Position numbers and translations under genes: made by a program. 32,913 nt of DNA, from positions 1 to 32,913 of the forward strand of contig JBEKJT010000002.1 in the NCBI GenBank assembly GCA_050011075.1, given 5' to 3'. Positions 8,467-17,793 of the stretch are shown piece by piece. The stretch comes from Thermoplasmata archaeon. GTDB taxonomy: Archaea; Thermoplasmatota; Thermoplasmata; Lutacidiplasmatales; UBA184. Under the pieces are notes generated by a model, which worked only from the letters and a program-made list of their open reading frames with translations, did no database searches and was not told where the DNA came from. Positions within the stretch are counted from its first letter, which is position 1. Every line of letters begins with the position of its first letter.

Positions 8467-9426
8467 ATGGCGAAGTCCACCGCTCGGCCGAACTCGACGG
8501 CTGCGAAGTACCTGCGTCGCGGGAAGGTCAAGGAGGTCTACGAGGTCTCCCCGACCGAGCTCGAGTTCCGGTTCACGAACGATATCTCGGTCTTCGACAA
8601 GCACATCCCGAGCGAGATCCCCCACAAGGGCGAGACGCTGGCGCGGACCGCGTCGCACTGGTTCGAGCTGTGCGGACGGATCGGCGTTCCCCATCACTTC
8701 CTTGGTCTTGCCGGCCCGACCGCGATGCGCGTGAAGCGCGTGCGCGTCGTCCCCCAGCCGAGGACGCTCGGCGCCCATCCGAAGGACTACCTCGTCCCGC
8801 TCGAGGTGATCGTCCGCTACTACCTGGCCGGGTCGATGTGGGACCGGGTGAAGGCCGGGAAGGTCGACCCCGAGGCGCTCGGTTTCCCGGCCGGGAAGAA
8901 GCTCGAGTACGCGATGCCGCTCCCCGAGCCCCACTTCGAGGTCACGACCAAGCTCGAGCCGGTCGACCGGCTGCTCACGATCCCCGAGGCGCTCGAGCTC
9001 TCCGCGCTCGACCAGCATCAGCTCGACGAGATCCGCGAGACGATCCTCAAGGTGGATGGAGCGATGCAGAAGGAGATCGGGCCACGGGGACTCCTCCACG
9101 TTGACGGGAAGAAGGAGTTCGGGGTCGACGTCCACGGCGTCCTTATGGTCGTTGACACGTTCGGGACCGCCGACGAGGACCGGTTCTGGGACCGGGCCGC
9201 CTACGAGCAAGGCCGGCAGGTCGATTTCTCGAAGGAGTTCGTCCGCCAGCACTACCGGCAGACCGGCTACTACGACCGCCTGTTGAAGGCCCGGGCTGAC
9301 CACGCGGAAGAGCCCGCGATCCCCCCGCTCCCTCCGGCGCTCGCGGACGAGGTGAGCCGCCTCTACACGACCGTCTTCGAGCGTCTCACGGGCGAGCCGT
9401 TCGCTCCCGCGAATCCCCGGGCCTAG
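8467..9426 (+). CDS. purC: phosphoribosylaminoimidazole-succinocarboxamide (SAICAR) synthase
   Basis: YLRRGKVKEVYEV...FTNDISVFDK, EVIVRYYLAGS and LLHVDGKKEFG match PurC. The ATG at 8467 lies ~27 nt after GTTATG. An alternative ATG is at 8440. Confidence 0.85.
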   Translation: MAKSTARPNSTAAKYLRRGKVKEVYEVSPTELEFRFTNDISVFDKHIPSEIPHKGETLARTASHWFELCGRIGVPHHFLGLAGPTAMRVKRVRVVPQPRTLGAHPKDYLVPLEVIVRYYLAGSMWDRVKAGKVDPEALGFPAGKKLEYAMPLPEPHFEVTTKLEPVDRLLTIPEALELSALDQHQLDEIRETILKVDGAMQKEIGPRGLLHVDGKKEFGVDVHGVLMVVDTFGTADEDRFWDRAAYEQGRQVDFSKEFVRQHYRQTGYYDRLLKARADHAEEPAIPPLPPALADEVSRLYTTVFERLTGEPFAPANPRA

Positions 9427-9552
9427 CCGACCCGGGGCCCCTGCGGGCCGGACCGATCGCAACGGCGGGTACCGGCCCTCGGGGCCGCCAACGCCCGGCC
9501 GCGGCAGGCGGCCGAGCCCCACCGTTCAGCGTTTCGCGACCCCTCCCCTACT

Positions 9553-9558
9553 CTTATC
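9553..9558 (+). promoter_or_regulatory. TATA-like box (CTTATC) ~27 nt upstream of the radA GTG
   Basis: The same hexamer recurs before sodN, purH and (as CTTTATC) wtpA. Confidence 0.4.
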
Positions 9559-9582
9559 TCCCCTCGGCCCGGTTCGACCTCC

Positions 9583-10581
9583 GTGCCCGCCAAGAACACC
9601 GCCCGTGCGACGGGCGCGGAGGAGACCGCGCCCGAACCGAAACCCGAGATCGCCCTCGAGGACCTCCCCGGAGTGGGTCCGACCATCGCCGAAAAGCTGC
9701 GAGAATCCGGATACACCGACCTCATGGAGCTCGCGGTCGCCTCGCCCGGCGACGTGGCGGAGGCCGCCGAGATCGGCAACGCGATCGCGCAGAAGATCAT
9801 CGGCGAAGCGCGACGCAAGGCCGACGTCGGGGGTTTCGAGAGCGGCACAACGCTCCTCGAGCGCCGGAAGAAGCTCGGCCGGGTGACGACGAACTCGAAG
9901 GCTCTGGACGAGCTCCTCGGGGGGGGCGTCGAGACCCAGGCGATCACTGAGTTCTCTGGCGAGTTCGGCACGGGCAAGACCCAGCTCGGGCACCAGATCG
10001 CCGTCGACGTGCAGCTCCCCCCCGCGCAGGGCGGCCTCTCGGGCGAGGTCGTCTACATCGATACGGAGAGCACGTTCCGCCCCGAGCGCATCGTCGACAT
10101 GGCCAAGGGGGTCGGGATCGACCCCGAGACCGCGCTCGGACGGATCCACGTCGCCCGCGCGTTCAACTCGAACCACCAGATGCTCCTCGTCGGGAAGGCC
10201 CAGGAGCTCGCTCGCGAGAAGCCGATCCGGCTCCTCGTCGTCGACTCGCTGACCGCCCACTTCCGCTCGGAGTACGTCGGCCGCGCCGAGCTCGCCCCCC
10301 GGCAGCAGCAGCTGAACCGGCACCTCCACGAGCTCCTGCGCTTCTCGGACATGTACAACGCCGCGATCGTCGTGTCGAACCAGGTCTCGTCGCGCCCGGA
10401 CGTCCTCTTCGGCGACCCGACCCGCCCGATCGGCGGGAACATCGTCGCGCACGCCGCGACCTACCGGGTCTATCTTCGGAAGTCGAAGCCGCCGCGACGC
10501 ATCGCACGGCTGATCGACTCGCCGAACCTTCCCGAGGGCGAAGCGGTCTTCTCGCTCACGACGGAAGGGATCCGCGACTAA
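9583..10581 (+). CDS. radA: DNA repair and recombination protein RadA
   Basis: N-terminal HhH ([15 protein letters not shown]), Walker [10 protein letters not shown], Walker B LLVVDSL. 332 aa. GTG start ~27 nt after a CTTATC box. Confidence 0.95.
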   Translation: MPAKNTARATGAEETAPEPKPEIALEDLPGVGPTIAEKLRESGYTDLMELAVASPGDVAEAAEIGNAIAQKIIGEARRKADVGGFESGTTLLERRKKLGRVTTNSKALDELLGGGVETQAITEFSGEFGTGKTQLGHQIAVDVQLPPAQGGLSGEVVYIDTESTFRPERIVDMAKGVGIDPETALGRIHVARAFNSNHQMLLVGKAQELAREKPIRLLVVDSLTAHFRSEYVGRAELAPRQQQLNRHLHELLRFSDMYNAAIVVSNQVSSRPDVLFGDPTRPIGGNIVAHAATYRVYLRKSKPPRRIARLIDSPNLPEGEAVFSLTTEGIRD

Positions 10582-11246
10582 CTACTCGCGTCCGGCGGAG
10601 CAACGCGCCGAAGCGACGTCGCCTTTACGTACAGCACGACCCTCGCGCCCGGCGTCAGCCCGAGCGAGCGGACGGTCTCCCCGGTCACTGCGACGCGCAG
10701 ACGGGCGCCTCCCACCCGTACGTGCAGGGTCCGGCCGACGGGGTCGGTTCCCGCGGTGACGGTCTCGACCGTGCCCGCGAGCACGTTCCGAGCGCTCGAC
10801 GGGAAGCGCCGTCGGGCGACGAGGACCGCCTCCGGGTCGAGCACGACCGTGACGCGCTCGCCTTCGTCGGCCGAGAACGCGACGCGCAGCCGCACCCCCC
10901 GTCCGAGGAGGACCGTCGGCTGGGGGTCGCGTCGGTACGTGCCCCGGAGGCGGTTGGGGCGCGGAGGCGTCGTGGCCGGCCCGGCCTCGAGCAGGTCGAG
11001 GGAGTCGAACCCGCCGCGCGCGATCCGGTCGCCGAGCGGGGTCAGGAGGGTTCGCCCGTGGTCCGCTCCGCCCCGGACGCTCTGGACCACCGGCCCCCCG
11101 AACGCCTCCCTCAGGCGCGTGATTCGGTAGACCGCGCTGTCGCGCGAGATCCCGACCCGGCGGCTCGCGCTGACGAGCGAGCGTTCTCGCGCGAGCGAGC
11201 GCAGGAGGGCGACGTCGGTGCTCGTGACGTGGTTGCGGTGGGCCAT
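10578..11246 (-). CDS. modE: ModE-like molybdate/tungstate-responsive transcriptional regulator (HTH + TOBE/Mop domain)
   Basis: N-terminus [29 protein letters not shown]...[14 protein letters not shown] matches the ModE HTH. The C-terminus [10 protein letters not shown]...[12 protein letters not shown] is TOBE-like. It is the last gene of the wtp operon, with GGAG 9 nt before the ATG. Confidence 0.75.
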   Translation of the reverse strand: MAHRNHVTSTDVALLRSLARERSLVSASRRVGISRDSAVYRITRLREAFGGPVVQSVRGGADHGRTLLTPLGDRIARGGFDSLDLLEAGPATTPPRPNRLRGTYRRDPQPTVLLGRGVRLRVAFSADEGERVTVVLDPEAVLVARRRFPSSARNVLAGTVETVTAGTDPVGRTLHVRVGGARLRVAVTGETVRSLGLTPGARVVLYVKATSLRRVAPPDASS

Positions 11247-11273
11247 GTCGCCGACTCCACAGACGGGAGCGGA

Positions 11274-12284
11274 TCACCCCAAGCGGTAGACGCTCTTCTC
11301 CTCGACGGTGAACCGGACGGTCGCTCCGACCGAGGGCGCGGAGGGCGGTAGGGGAGGTGGGAGGCGGAGCGCCACCAGGAGTGAGTCCGTTCGCACGGTG
11401 AGGGAGAGTCCCTCGGGGGTGGGATGCACGCTCCGCACGATGCCCGTCCACGTCCCCCCAGCCCCCGCGGGGACGAGGGCCGGCCGGGCGAACGCGACTC
11501 CCTCGGCTCCCCCCCGCGTCGAGAGCCAGGCCGTGAAGGACCCGGGGGCTCCCGCGTCGAGCGTCGCGCGGTCGTAGACGTTTTCGAACCCGACGAACCG
11601 CGCGGCGAACGGGTCGGTAGGTCGCGAGAGCAGGGCCGTCGCGTCGCCCTCGAACGCCACCGTGCCGGCGCGCAGGACGAGGAACGTGTCGGCGACGGAG
11701 AACGCGAGCGCGGGGTCGTGGGTGACGACCACGACCGGAACCCGTTCGGTCTCCCGCAGCTCCTCGAACACGAGGCCGAGCTCGTGGCGGGCCTCGACGT
11801 CGAGCGCCTGCCACGGTTCGTCCCACAGCACGAGCTCGGGCTCGGCGGCGAGCGCCCGCGCGAGCGCCACCCGTTCGAGCTCCCCACCGCTCAGTCGGGC
11901 CGGGTAGCGGCGGGCGAGCGGAATGAGACCGAACCGCGCGAGGAGCGCGCGGCTGCGCTCGCGCGCGTCGAGGCGTCCCCGTACCTCGAGCGGGTAGCTC
12001 ACGTTCCGCTCGACGGTACGGTGCGCGAACAGGCCGAGCCCCTGGGGCACGTATCCGAGGTGCCGAGCCTCGGGAGGTCGGTCGGTGAGGTCGACGCCGT
12101 CGCAGAGCACGCGGCCCTGGCGGGCGGGGAGGAACCCGGCGAGCGTGCGCAGGAGGGTCGTCTTGCCCGCCCCCGAGTTCCCGAGGACGGCAAGGATCCG
12201 TCCCGGCGCGAGCGCAAGGTCGACCGGGCCGAGGTGGAACCCATCGAGGTCAGACTCGAGGCCCTCCACCGTCCAGCGCGTCAC
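11274..12284 (-). CDS. wtpC: tungstate/molybdate ABC transporter ATP-binding protein
   Basis: Last 336 codons of ORF 11274..13103. GTG at 12284 overlaps the permease stop (GTGA). Walker A GNSGAGKTT, signature LSGGELERV, Walker B LVLWDEP, and a C-terminal TOBE-like tail. Confidence 0.85.
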   Translation of the reverse strand: MTRWTVEGLESDLDGFHLGPVDLALAPGRILAVLGNSGAGKTTLLRTLAGFLPARQGRVLCDGVDLTDRPPEARHLGYVPQGLGLFAHRTVERNVSYPLEVRGRLDARERSRALLARFGLIPLARRYPARLSGGELERVALARALAAEPELVLWDEPWQALDVEARHELGLVFEELRETERVPVVVVTHDPALAFSVADTFLVLRAGTVAFEGDATALLSRPTDPFAARFVGFENVYDRATLDAGAPGSFTAWLSTRGGAEGVAFARPALVPAGAGGTWTGIVRSVHPTPEGLSLTVRTDSLLVALRLPPPLPPSAPSVGATVRFTVEEKSVYRLG

Positions 12285-13159
12285 GGCAGGAGGTCCCCCC
12301 GGCGCCACGGGACCCAGCCCGCGCGCTCTCCCACGCGGACGAGAACGAACAGCACGAACGCGATCAGGAGGAAGACCGAGCTCACCGCGGCGGCCTCGGA
12401 GAGGTTCCCGTTCTGGAACAGGTTGTAGACGAGCACCGAGAGCGTCGACGTGACCGGGCCGTTGTACGGGCCGCCCGGATAGACGGTGTACGCGAGGATG
12501 AGGATCCCGCCGATCTCGCTCACCGCCCGCGCCCAGGTCAGGAGGAGGCCGGCGACGATCCCGCGGAGGGCGAGGGGGAACGAGACGGTCAGGAACGCCG
12601 TGGCCGGCCCGGCCCCGAGCGACCGGGCGGCCTCGAGGACGCGAGAGTCGATCGCTCGGAACGAGAGGTCCGCGGCGAGGACCGTGTACGGGGCGCTCAC
12701 GAAGACCATCACGAGCACGACCCCCCAGATCGTGTCGTAGACGGGGAATCCGATCGCCGTGGTGAACCGGTAGAGAGGGGTGCCGGGGATGAGCAGGAAG
12801 AACAGCCCGAGCCCGACCAGGAGGTGGGGCACCACGACGGGGAGGGCTACGACGGCCTCCACGAGGCTCCGGCCGCGGAACGAGCGCCGGGCGAGGAGGT
12901 ATCCGAGCGGGATCGCGAAGACGACCGCGGCGAGGACGGCGATCCCCGAGGCGAAGAACGTGAGCCAGATCGCCTCGCCGACGACGGGGTTCGTCGCAGC
13001 CGCGAGGATCTGCGAGGGCGGAGCGTAGGTGAAGAGGGCGTAGATCGGGAGGAGGAACAAGAGGAGCAGCGAGCCCGACAGCACCAGCTGGAGGGCAAGC
13101 CATGGCAGTCCGGTCAGCCGGCGACGTCGGAACGGGGCGCGGGGGCGCCCGTCGCTCAT
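12281..13159 (-). CDS. wtpB: tungstate/molybdate ABC transporter permease
   Basis: Multi-TM ORF with the EAA-type loop (LEAARSLGAGPATAFLTVSFPLA). ATG at 13159 overlaps the stop of the binding-protein gene (ATGA). Confidence 0.85.
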   Translation of the reverse strand: MSDGRPRAPFRRRRLTGLPWLALQLVLSGSLLLLFLLPIYALFTYAPPSQILAAATNPVVGEAIWLTFFASGIAVLAAVVFAIPLGYLLARRSFRGRSLVEAVVALPVVVPHLLVGLGLFFLLIPGTPLYRFTTAIGFPVYDTIWGVVLVMVFVSAPYTVLAADLSFRAIDSRVLEAARSLGAGPATAFLTVSFPLALRGIVAGLLLTWARAVSEIGGILILAYTVYPGGPYNGPVTSTLSVLVYNLFQNGNLSEAAAVSSVFLLIAFVLFVLVRVGERAGWVPWRRGDLLP

Positions 13160-14250
13160 GGGAGGAACGCGCTTGCCCAGGACGGGAGGCCGGTCACGTC
13201 CGGGGCGAGGATCCCCGGGACTGCGCTCGGGGCGTTGGTCCAGCCGGGGAAGATGGGGGTCCACGCGTTGTCCTGCGCGAGGATCGCGCTGCCCTGCGGC
13301 GAGAGGAGGAGATGGACGAAGAGGGCGCCGAGCGCCGGGTTCGGAGCGTTCGACGGGACCGTGATCGCGAAGAGGATCGGCGCCGGAACGACCGTCGTGA
13401 GCGAACCCGTGGACGAGATGACCTGCGTGGAGAGCTTCGCGTAGTCCGCGAGCGCCGTCGTATTGTTGGCGCCGAGCCCGACGATCGGGTCGAGCAGGAT
13501 GTACGGGAGGTGGTTCTGGATCGCGACCGCTCTGTAGGTAATCACCGAGGAGACGATGCCGGTCCGGAGGAGGATGGCGGCCTGCGACTCGTGCTCGAGG
13601 ATCGTCGTCCCCGAGTTGGGCGTCGCGTAGCCCCCCGCGGTGCCGGAGTAGAAGTGGCTGTAGATCGCCGTGGTGCTACCGTTGTAGAGCATCCCCTGCA
13701 GCATCATGCTGAAGATCTCGTTGTAGCCGTTCGGGTCGGTCGAGGCGTTCCAGACGCCGAGGCGCGCATTCCCGCCGGCCGAGGTTACGCCGATCAGCTT
13801 CTGGGCCCAGTTGGCTTCGGTGATGCCGTTGAAGCCGGGGAGGCTCGAGTTGTAGATGAGGACCTCCTGGGTCTGGGCGAAGACGACCTCGTACGTCGCG
13901 TAGTTCGGTTCGAGGAGCTGGGGGATCAGGCGGAAGTCGGCGAGCGCGGCCACGTCCGCTTTCGCTCCCGTCGACGCGATCGCCGTGGTCACGTCGAGCG
14001 ACCCTTCGTACGTCTGGGCCGCGGCCGGTGCGGAGATACCGGGGGTCTCGTTCACGAGCGCGCTCGCGATCTCGGGGAAGGTGTAGGTCAGGGTGCCAGC
14101 CCCCAGGACCGAGAGCGTGCTGTTGGCGACCGCGCTCGGCGACGACGCTGGCGAACCGCGGTACTCGTACCCGGCAAAGAATCCCAACCCGCCGACGCCG
14201 GCGGCGACCACGATCACGATGACGATCCACACGGGAGTAGCGGCGGCCAT
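13156..14250 (-). CDS. wtpA: tungstate/molybdate substrate-binding protein, WtpA family, membrane-anchored
   Basis: GAKADVAALADFRLIPQLL..YEVVFAQTQEVLIY, DPNGYNEIF and PILFAITVPSNAPNP resemble WtpA. It has an N-terminal anchor and at least 6 sequons. ATG 14250 lies ~27 nt after CTTTATC. An in-frame ATG at 14271 is the longer alternative. Confidence 0.8.
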   Translation of the reverse strand: MAAATPVWIVIVIVVAAGVGGLGFFAGYEYRGSPASSPSAVANSTLSVLGAGTLTYTFPEIASALVNETPGISAPAAAQTYEGSLDVTTAIASTGAKADVAALADFRLIPQLLEPNYATYEVVFAQTQEVLIYNSSLPGFNGITEANWAQKLIGVTSAGGNARLGVWNASTDPNGYNEIFSMMLQGMLYNGSTTAIYSHFYSGTAGGYATPNSGTTILEHESQAAILLRTGIVSSVITYRAVAIQNHLPYILLDPIVGLGANNTTALADYAKLSTQVISSTGSLTTVVPAPILFAITVPSNAPNPALGALFVHLLLSPQGSAILAQDNAWTPIFPGWTNAPSAVPGILAPDVTGLPSWASAFLP

Positions 14251-14273
14251 CGATGCGGGAATTACCCACATCG

Positions 14274-14280
14274 GATAAAG
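14274..14280 (-). promoter_or_regulatory. TATA-like box (CTTTATC on minus strand) ~27 nt upstream of wtpA ATG 14250
   Basis: Lies in the 32-nt gap after the sodX stop. Confidence 0.4.
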
Positions 14281-14303
14281 GCTTTCACTTGGGCGCCGGC
14301 GGG

Positions 14304-14696
14304 CTACAGCTCCGCCCGCCGCTCGGGGGGAAAGTAGCGTCGGTAGACCCGGCCGACGAGCGCGCCCGTGGGAACCGGACCGAAGCGTCGGCTGTCCCGG
14401 GCGACCGCAGCCGCATCGCCGCGGACCTCGACCGTCCCGGTCGACGGGTCGACGGACGCGACCCGTTTCACGAGCCAACGACGCGGGTCCTCGGGGTCCA
14501 TCAGCACGACGAGCTCCCCGACCCGGGGCGAACGGTCCCGGTAGGCCCGCCGGTCGACGAGCAGCCGGTCCCCGGGCCTCAGGGTAGGCTGCATGCTCTC
14601 GTCCTCGACCACGACCCGCTGGCTCCACCACCGCCGAAACCGGCACGGTCCGGCCTCGACCCGGGACCCCGTCTCCCCTGAGCGCGGTTCCGGCAT
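14304..14696 (-). CDS. sodX: S26-family peptidase, nickel-SOD maturation protease (SodX type)
   Basis: 130 aa with no TM segment. Ser/Lys dyad motifs ESMQPTLRPGD and WLVKRV. Divergent from sodN, 30 bp away. Confidence 0.8.
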   Translation of the reverse strand: MPEPRSGETGSRVEAGPCRFRRWWSQRVVVEDESMQPTLRPGDRLLVDRRAYRDRSPRVGELVVLMDPEDPRRWLVKRVASVDPSTGTVEVRGDAAAVARDSRRFGPVPTGALVGRVYRRYFPPERRAEL

Positions 14697-14697
14697 C

Positions 14698-14703
14698 CTT
14701 ATC
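14698..14703 (+). promoter_or_regulatory. TATA-like box (CTTATC) 26 nt upstream of the sodN ATG
   Basis: Sits in the 30-bp divergent sodX/sodN spacer. Confidence 0.4.
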
Positions 14704-14726
14704 CGACCCCCGGGGCTCGCGGGGCC

Positions 14727-15260
14727 ATGGCCGCGAAGAGCTCCTCGCTTGGTTTGATGGAACGTCTACTGGACACCGTGCATCCCCCCCGCACGGTCTA
14801 CGCGCACTGCGACATCCCCTGCGGTATTTACGACCCCCACGAGGCCCAGATCGCGGCCCTCACCGTCCTGCGGATGGACCAGCTGATCGGCGAGCTCGCG
14901 CATCCCGCCGCGGACGCCAAGCTCGAGGAACGCGCGACGTACGTCTCCAAGATGTCCCGCTACACCGCCGTGAAGGAGCAGCACTCCGAGCGCGTGAAGC
15001 AGGAGGTCCGTGTCATCTGGGGCGACTACTTCACTCCGGACCACGTGAAGCAGTTCCCGCAGGCGCACGAGCTCGTCTTCAAGATCCTGAAGCAGGCGTC
15101 CAAGACGCGGCAGGGCAACAACGTCGCGGACGCCCAGGAGCTCTTGAAGCTCGTCCAGGAGTTCGCGGAGCTCTTCTGGCAGACGAAGGGCGCCAAGACC
15201 CGCCGGCAGCCGTCGCTCCAGAAGTCCGGCGGAGAGATCGTCGTCCCGGTCCCGGCGTAG
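14727..15260 (+). CDS. sodN: nickel-containing superoxide dismutase precursor
   Basis: Ni-hook HCDIPCGIYDP follows a 26-aa propeptide ending in TVYA. The remainder aligns with Streptomyces SodN (VKEQ...VIWGDYF...FWQTKG). The ATG lies 26 nt after CTTATC. Confidence 0.9.
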   Translation: MAAKSSSLGLMERLLDTVHPPRTVYAHCDIPCGIYDPHEAQIAALTVLRMDQLIGELAHPAADAKLEERATYVSKMSRYTAVKEQHSERVKQEVRVIWGDYFTPDHVKQFPQAHELVFKILKQASKTRQGNNVADAQELLKLVQEFAELFWQTKGAKTRRQPSLQKSGGEIVVPVPA

Positions 15261-15286
15261 ACCCGAGAGGGGCCTCGGCCCCCACC

Positions 15287-16816
15287 ATGCCGGACACGGT
15301 CGCGATCGACGGTCGCTCCCTCACGCTGGATCAGTTCCTGACCGTCGCCCGCGCGGGCGGCCGGGTGGCCCTTTCGGCGCAAGCCCGGGAGGCCGCGACG
15401 GCGAGCCGCGCGGCGGTGGAACGAGCCGTTGCGGCCGAGCGGCCGGTCTACGGCGTTACTACGGGGGTCGGCGCGTTCTCCGACCGCACGATCCCGCGGG
15501 CGAAGGCGCTCGAGCTTCAGGCGTCGATCGTGCGCAGCCACTCGAGCGGGAGCGGCCCCGCGCTCCCCGAGGACGTCGTCCGTGGGCTCATCCTCCTGCG
15601 GCTGAACTCGCTCGCTCGAGGCTTTTCGGGCGTGCGGGCCGAGGTGCTCGACCGCCTCGTCGCTCTGCTCAACCGGGACCTCATTCCCTGGATCCCCGAG
15701 CAAGGGTCGGTCGGTGCCTCGGGCGACCTCGCCCCCCTCGCGCACCTGGCCTCGACGCTCACGGGGGAGGGCGCGTTCCTCGTCCGCGGTAGCTCCGGGG
15801 TCGAGCCCGCGCGGGACGTGCTGGCGCGCGAAGGGATCCCGGCGCTCACCCTCGCGGAGAAGGAAGGGGTCGCGCTTCTCAACGGCACCGCCCTCATGGC
15901 GTCCTACCTCGCGCTCTCGGTCGCCGACGGCCGGGCCCTCTTGGATGCCGCGCTCGTCGCGGCCGCGCTCTCCTACGATGCCCTCGAGGGCAATCCCCAG
16001 TCGCTCGACGACCGGCTCGGGGCCGCCCGGAACTCCGAGGACCATCGGGCGATCGCCGCGGCGCTCCGCTGCCTCCTCGCCGAGAGCCGACTCGCGACGG
16101 TCCGGACGGACTGGACAGGGCAGGACCCGTACACTCTTCGGTGCCTCCCCCAGGTCCTGGGGGCGGTGCGTCTCGCGCTCGGGTTCGCCGAAGGCGTCGC
16201 GAGGAACGAACTGAACGCCGTGACGGACAACCCGCTGGTCTTCGAAGGGGACGATTTCGTCAGCGGAGGGAACTTCCACGGACAGCCCCTGGCCCTCGCG
16301 CTCGACACGCTCGCGATCGCGGTGCAGTACGTCGCCGGGTTCTCCGAGCGCCGGATCGCCCGGCTCGTCCACCCGGCACTGAACCGGGGACTCCCGGCAT
16401 TCCTCGCGCCCGAGCTCGGCGTGAGCTCGGGCTTCATGGTACTCCAGTACCTCGCCGCGGCGCTCGTCAACGAGAACCAGACACTGGTCCACCCCGCGAG
16501 CGCAACGAGCCTCTCGACCTCGGCCGACCAGGAGGATTACGTTTCCATGGGCCCGTGGGCCGGCGCGAAGCTGCGTCGGGTCCTCGGAAACACCCGGCAC
16601 GTCGTCGCGGTCGAATGGATCGTCGCAGGGCAGGCGCTCGAGCTACGTCGGCCGCGTTCGGGCGGTCGGGGCAGCGAAGCGGCGCTCCGGGCCCTGCGAA
16701 CGCACGTCGCACCATGGACGGCCGACCGAAGCCCCTCGGCGGACATCGAGCGGGTGGCGGCGACCCTGAACGACGGGTCGCTCGTGCGGGCGGTACGCGC
16801 GTCCTCGCCGTTCTAG
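15287..16816 (+). CDS. hutH: histidine ammonia-lyase (MIO-dependent)
   Basis: MIO-forming GSVGASGDLAPLAHL, YGVTTGVGAF, and the substrate-selectivity SH in IVRSHSSG as in HALs. 509 aa. Confidence 0.9.
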   Translation: MPDTVAIDGRSLTLDQFLTVARAGGRVALSAQAREAATASRAAVERAVAAERPVYGVTTGVGAFSDRTIPRAKALELQASIVRSHSSGSGPALPEDVVRGLILLRLNSLARGFSGVRAEVLDRLVALLNRDLIPWIPEQGSVGASGDLAPLAHLASTLTGEGAFLVRGSSGVEPARDVLAREGIPALTLAEKEGVALLNGTALMASYLALSVADGRALLDAALVAAALSYDALEGNPQSLDDRLGAARNSEDHRAIAAALRCLLAESRLATVRTDWTGQDPYTLRCLPQVLGAVRLALGFAEGVARNELNAVTDNPLVFEGDDFVSGGNFHGQPLALALDTLAIAVQYVAGFSERRIARLVHPALNRGLPAFLAPELGVSSGFMVLQYLAAALVNENQTLVHPASATSLSTSADQEDYVSMGPWAGAKLRRVLGNTRHVVAVEWIVAGQALELRRPRSGGRGSEAALRALRTHVAPWTADRSPSADIERVAATLNDGSLVRAVRASSPF

Positions 16817-17514
16817 ACGCGGGCGAGCGGCGCGACGGCGGACGAGGTCTCTGGGGTCGCGGTGGGGAAGCGGACCAGCTGGCCGCAGCCCGGGCAGCTG
16901 TACTCGCTGACGCTCTTGTGACGCAGCGGGGTGCGGCACTTGGGACACGGGATCGGCTTCGCCGTCACATAAGCCGCGAACATCTCCTGGGCGCGGCGGT
17001 CGGACAACGAAACCGCCGCCGGTGTGGTGCCCTTCGGGGAGGCGGCGGGACTCGGGGCCGGACCAGCCTGCGGTTCGGAGGTACCAGCGACCGACGTACG
17101 GGGGGAGGCGAGCCGTCCACATTCCGGACAGACGGCGAGGTTGGTCGACCCGGTCGCGAGGAGCGGTACATGACAGTGGGGGCAGAGGGTCTTCAGTCCG
17201 GTGCTCGTGAGCACCGGGGAGGGGGCCCGGGGCGCGCGCAGGGGCACCGCGGGCGCCGGCGCGGGCGTTTCGGCCGCCGGGGACGGCGCCGTGGGCGCGG
17301 TCGACGGGGGTGTCCAGCGGACCACTCTACGCGCGGGTTCGTAGACGAGCGGCGTGCCCGGGCGGGCGAGCTCGCGAGAGAGCAGCTTCTCGACCTTGTG
17401 GCTGCGCCAGGAGAGCGCGGCCGCGAGACCGGGAACGCTGGTCGTGCCGAGGGATTGGACGGTGGATCGGAGGCGTTCGAGGTCTTGGTCGGACGGACCG
17501 AAGAGGGCGACCAT
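16813..17514 (-). CDS. hypothetical protein with possible N-terminal winged helix and two zinc ribbons joined by Pro-rich linkers
   Basis: ATG 17514 within ORF 16813..17646. Zinc ribbons CPHCHVPLLATGSTNLAVCPEC and CPKCRTPLRHKSVSEYSCPGC. The 44 codons upstream start with TTG and look like junk. The stop overlaps the hutH stop (CTAG). Confidence 0.55.
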   Translation of the reverse strand: MVALFGPSDQDLERLRSTVQSLGTTSVPGLAAALSWRSHKVEKLLSRELARPGTPLVYEPARRVVRWTPPSTAPTAPSPAAETPAPAPAVPLRAPRAPSPVLTSTGLKTLCPHCHVPLLATGSTNLAVCPECGRLASPRTSVAGTSEPQAGPAPSPAASPKGTTPAAVSLSDRRAQEMFAAYVTAKPIPCPKCRTPLRHKSVSEYSCPGCGQLVRFPTATPETSSAVAPLARV

Positions 17515-17667
17515 CACGCGAAGTCGCCCGCAACCCAAGAAGAACCTGTCGCTCGAGCCGCACGCGGAGGGAAGGCATCGGCGGGGCGACCCCTGGTCTC
17601 TTGGACGGTGCCACCAAGAGGCGCTTCCACCGATGCCCGAGGCCAACTACCGACAAACCTCGACCGA

Positions 17668-17680
17668 CTATATAGTTATC
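17668..17680. promoter_or_regulatory. palindromic TATA element CTATATAG followed by TTATC, between the zinc-ribbon and receiver genes
   Basis: Strongest A/T element in the 280-bp divergent spacer. In-frame ATG 17695 lies ~24 nt downstream on the plus strand, and TTG 17646 ~25 nt downstream on the minus strand. Confidence 0.35.
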
Positions 17681-17793
17681 CGATGCCTCGGAGGATGGAG
17701 GGTGAGGTCAATCGGGCCCCGGAACCGACGCTTTGCACCAGAACATCATTAAGCTGGGGGGTACTCACATGCCATAGGACCGGGGTTCCGTGC

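Noticed and set aside
7593-9522. ORFs 7593..9104 (+) and 8245..9522 (-) of 503 and 425 aa
   Set aside because: They span the glycoprotein gene, an intergenic region and purC in wrong frames or strands. They are Arg/Pro-rich with no motifs.
15026-16600. 524-aa minus-strand ORF opposite hutH and the sodN 3' end
   Set aside because: Same reasoning: antisense shadow of a well-supported gene, with biased composition.
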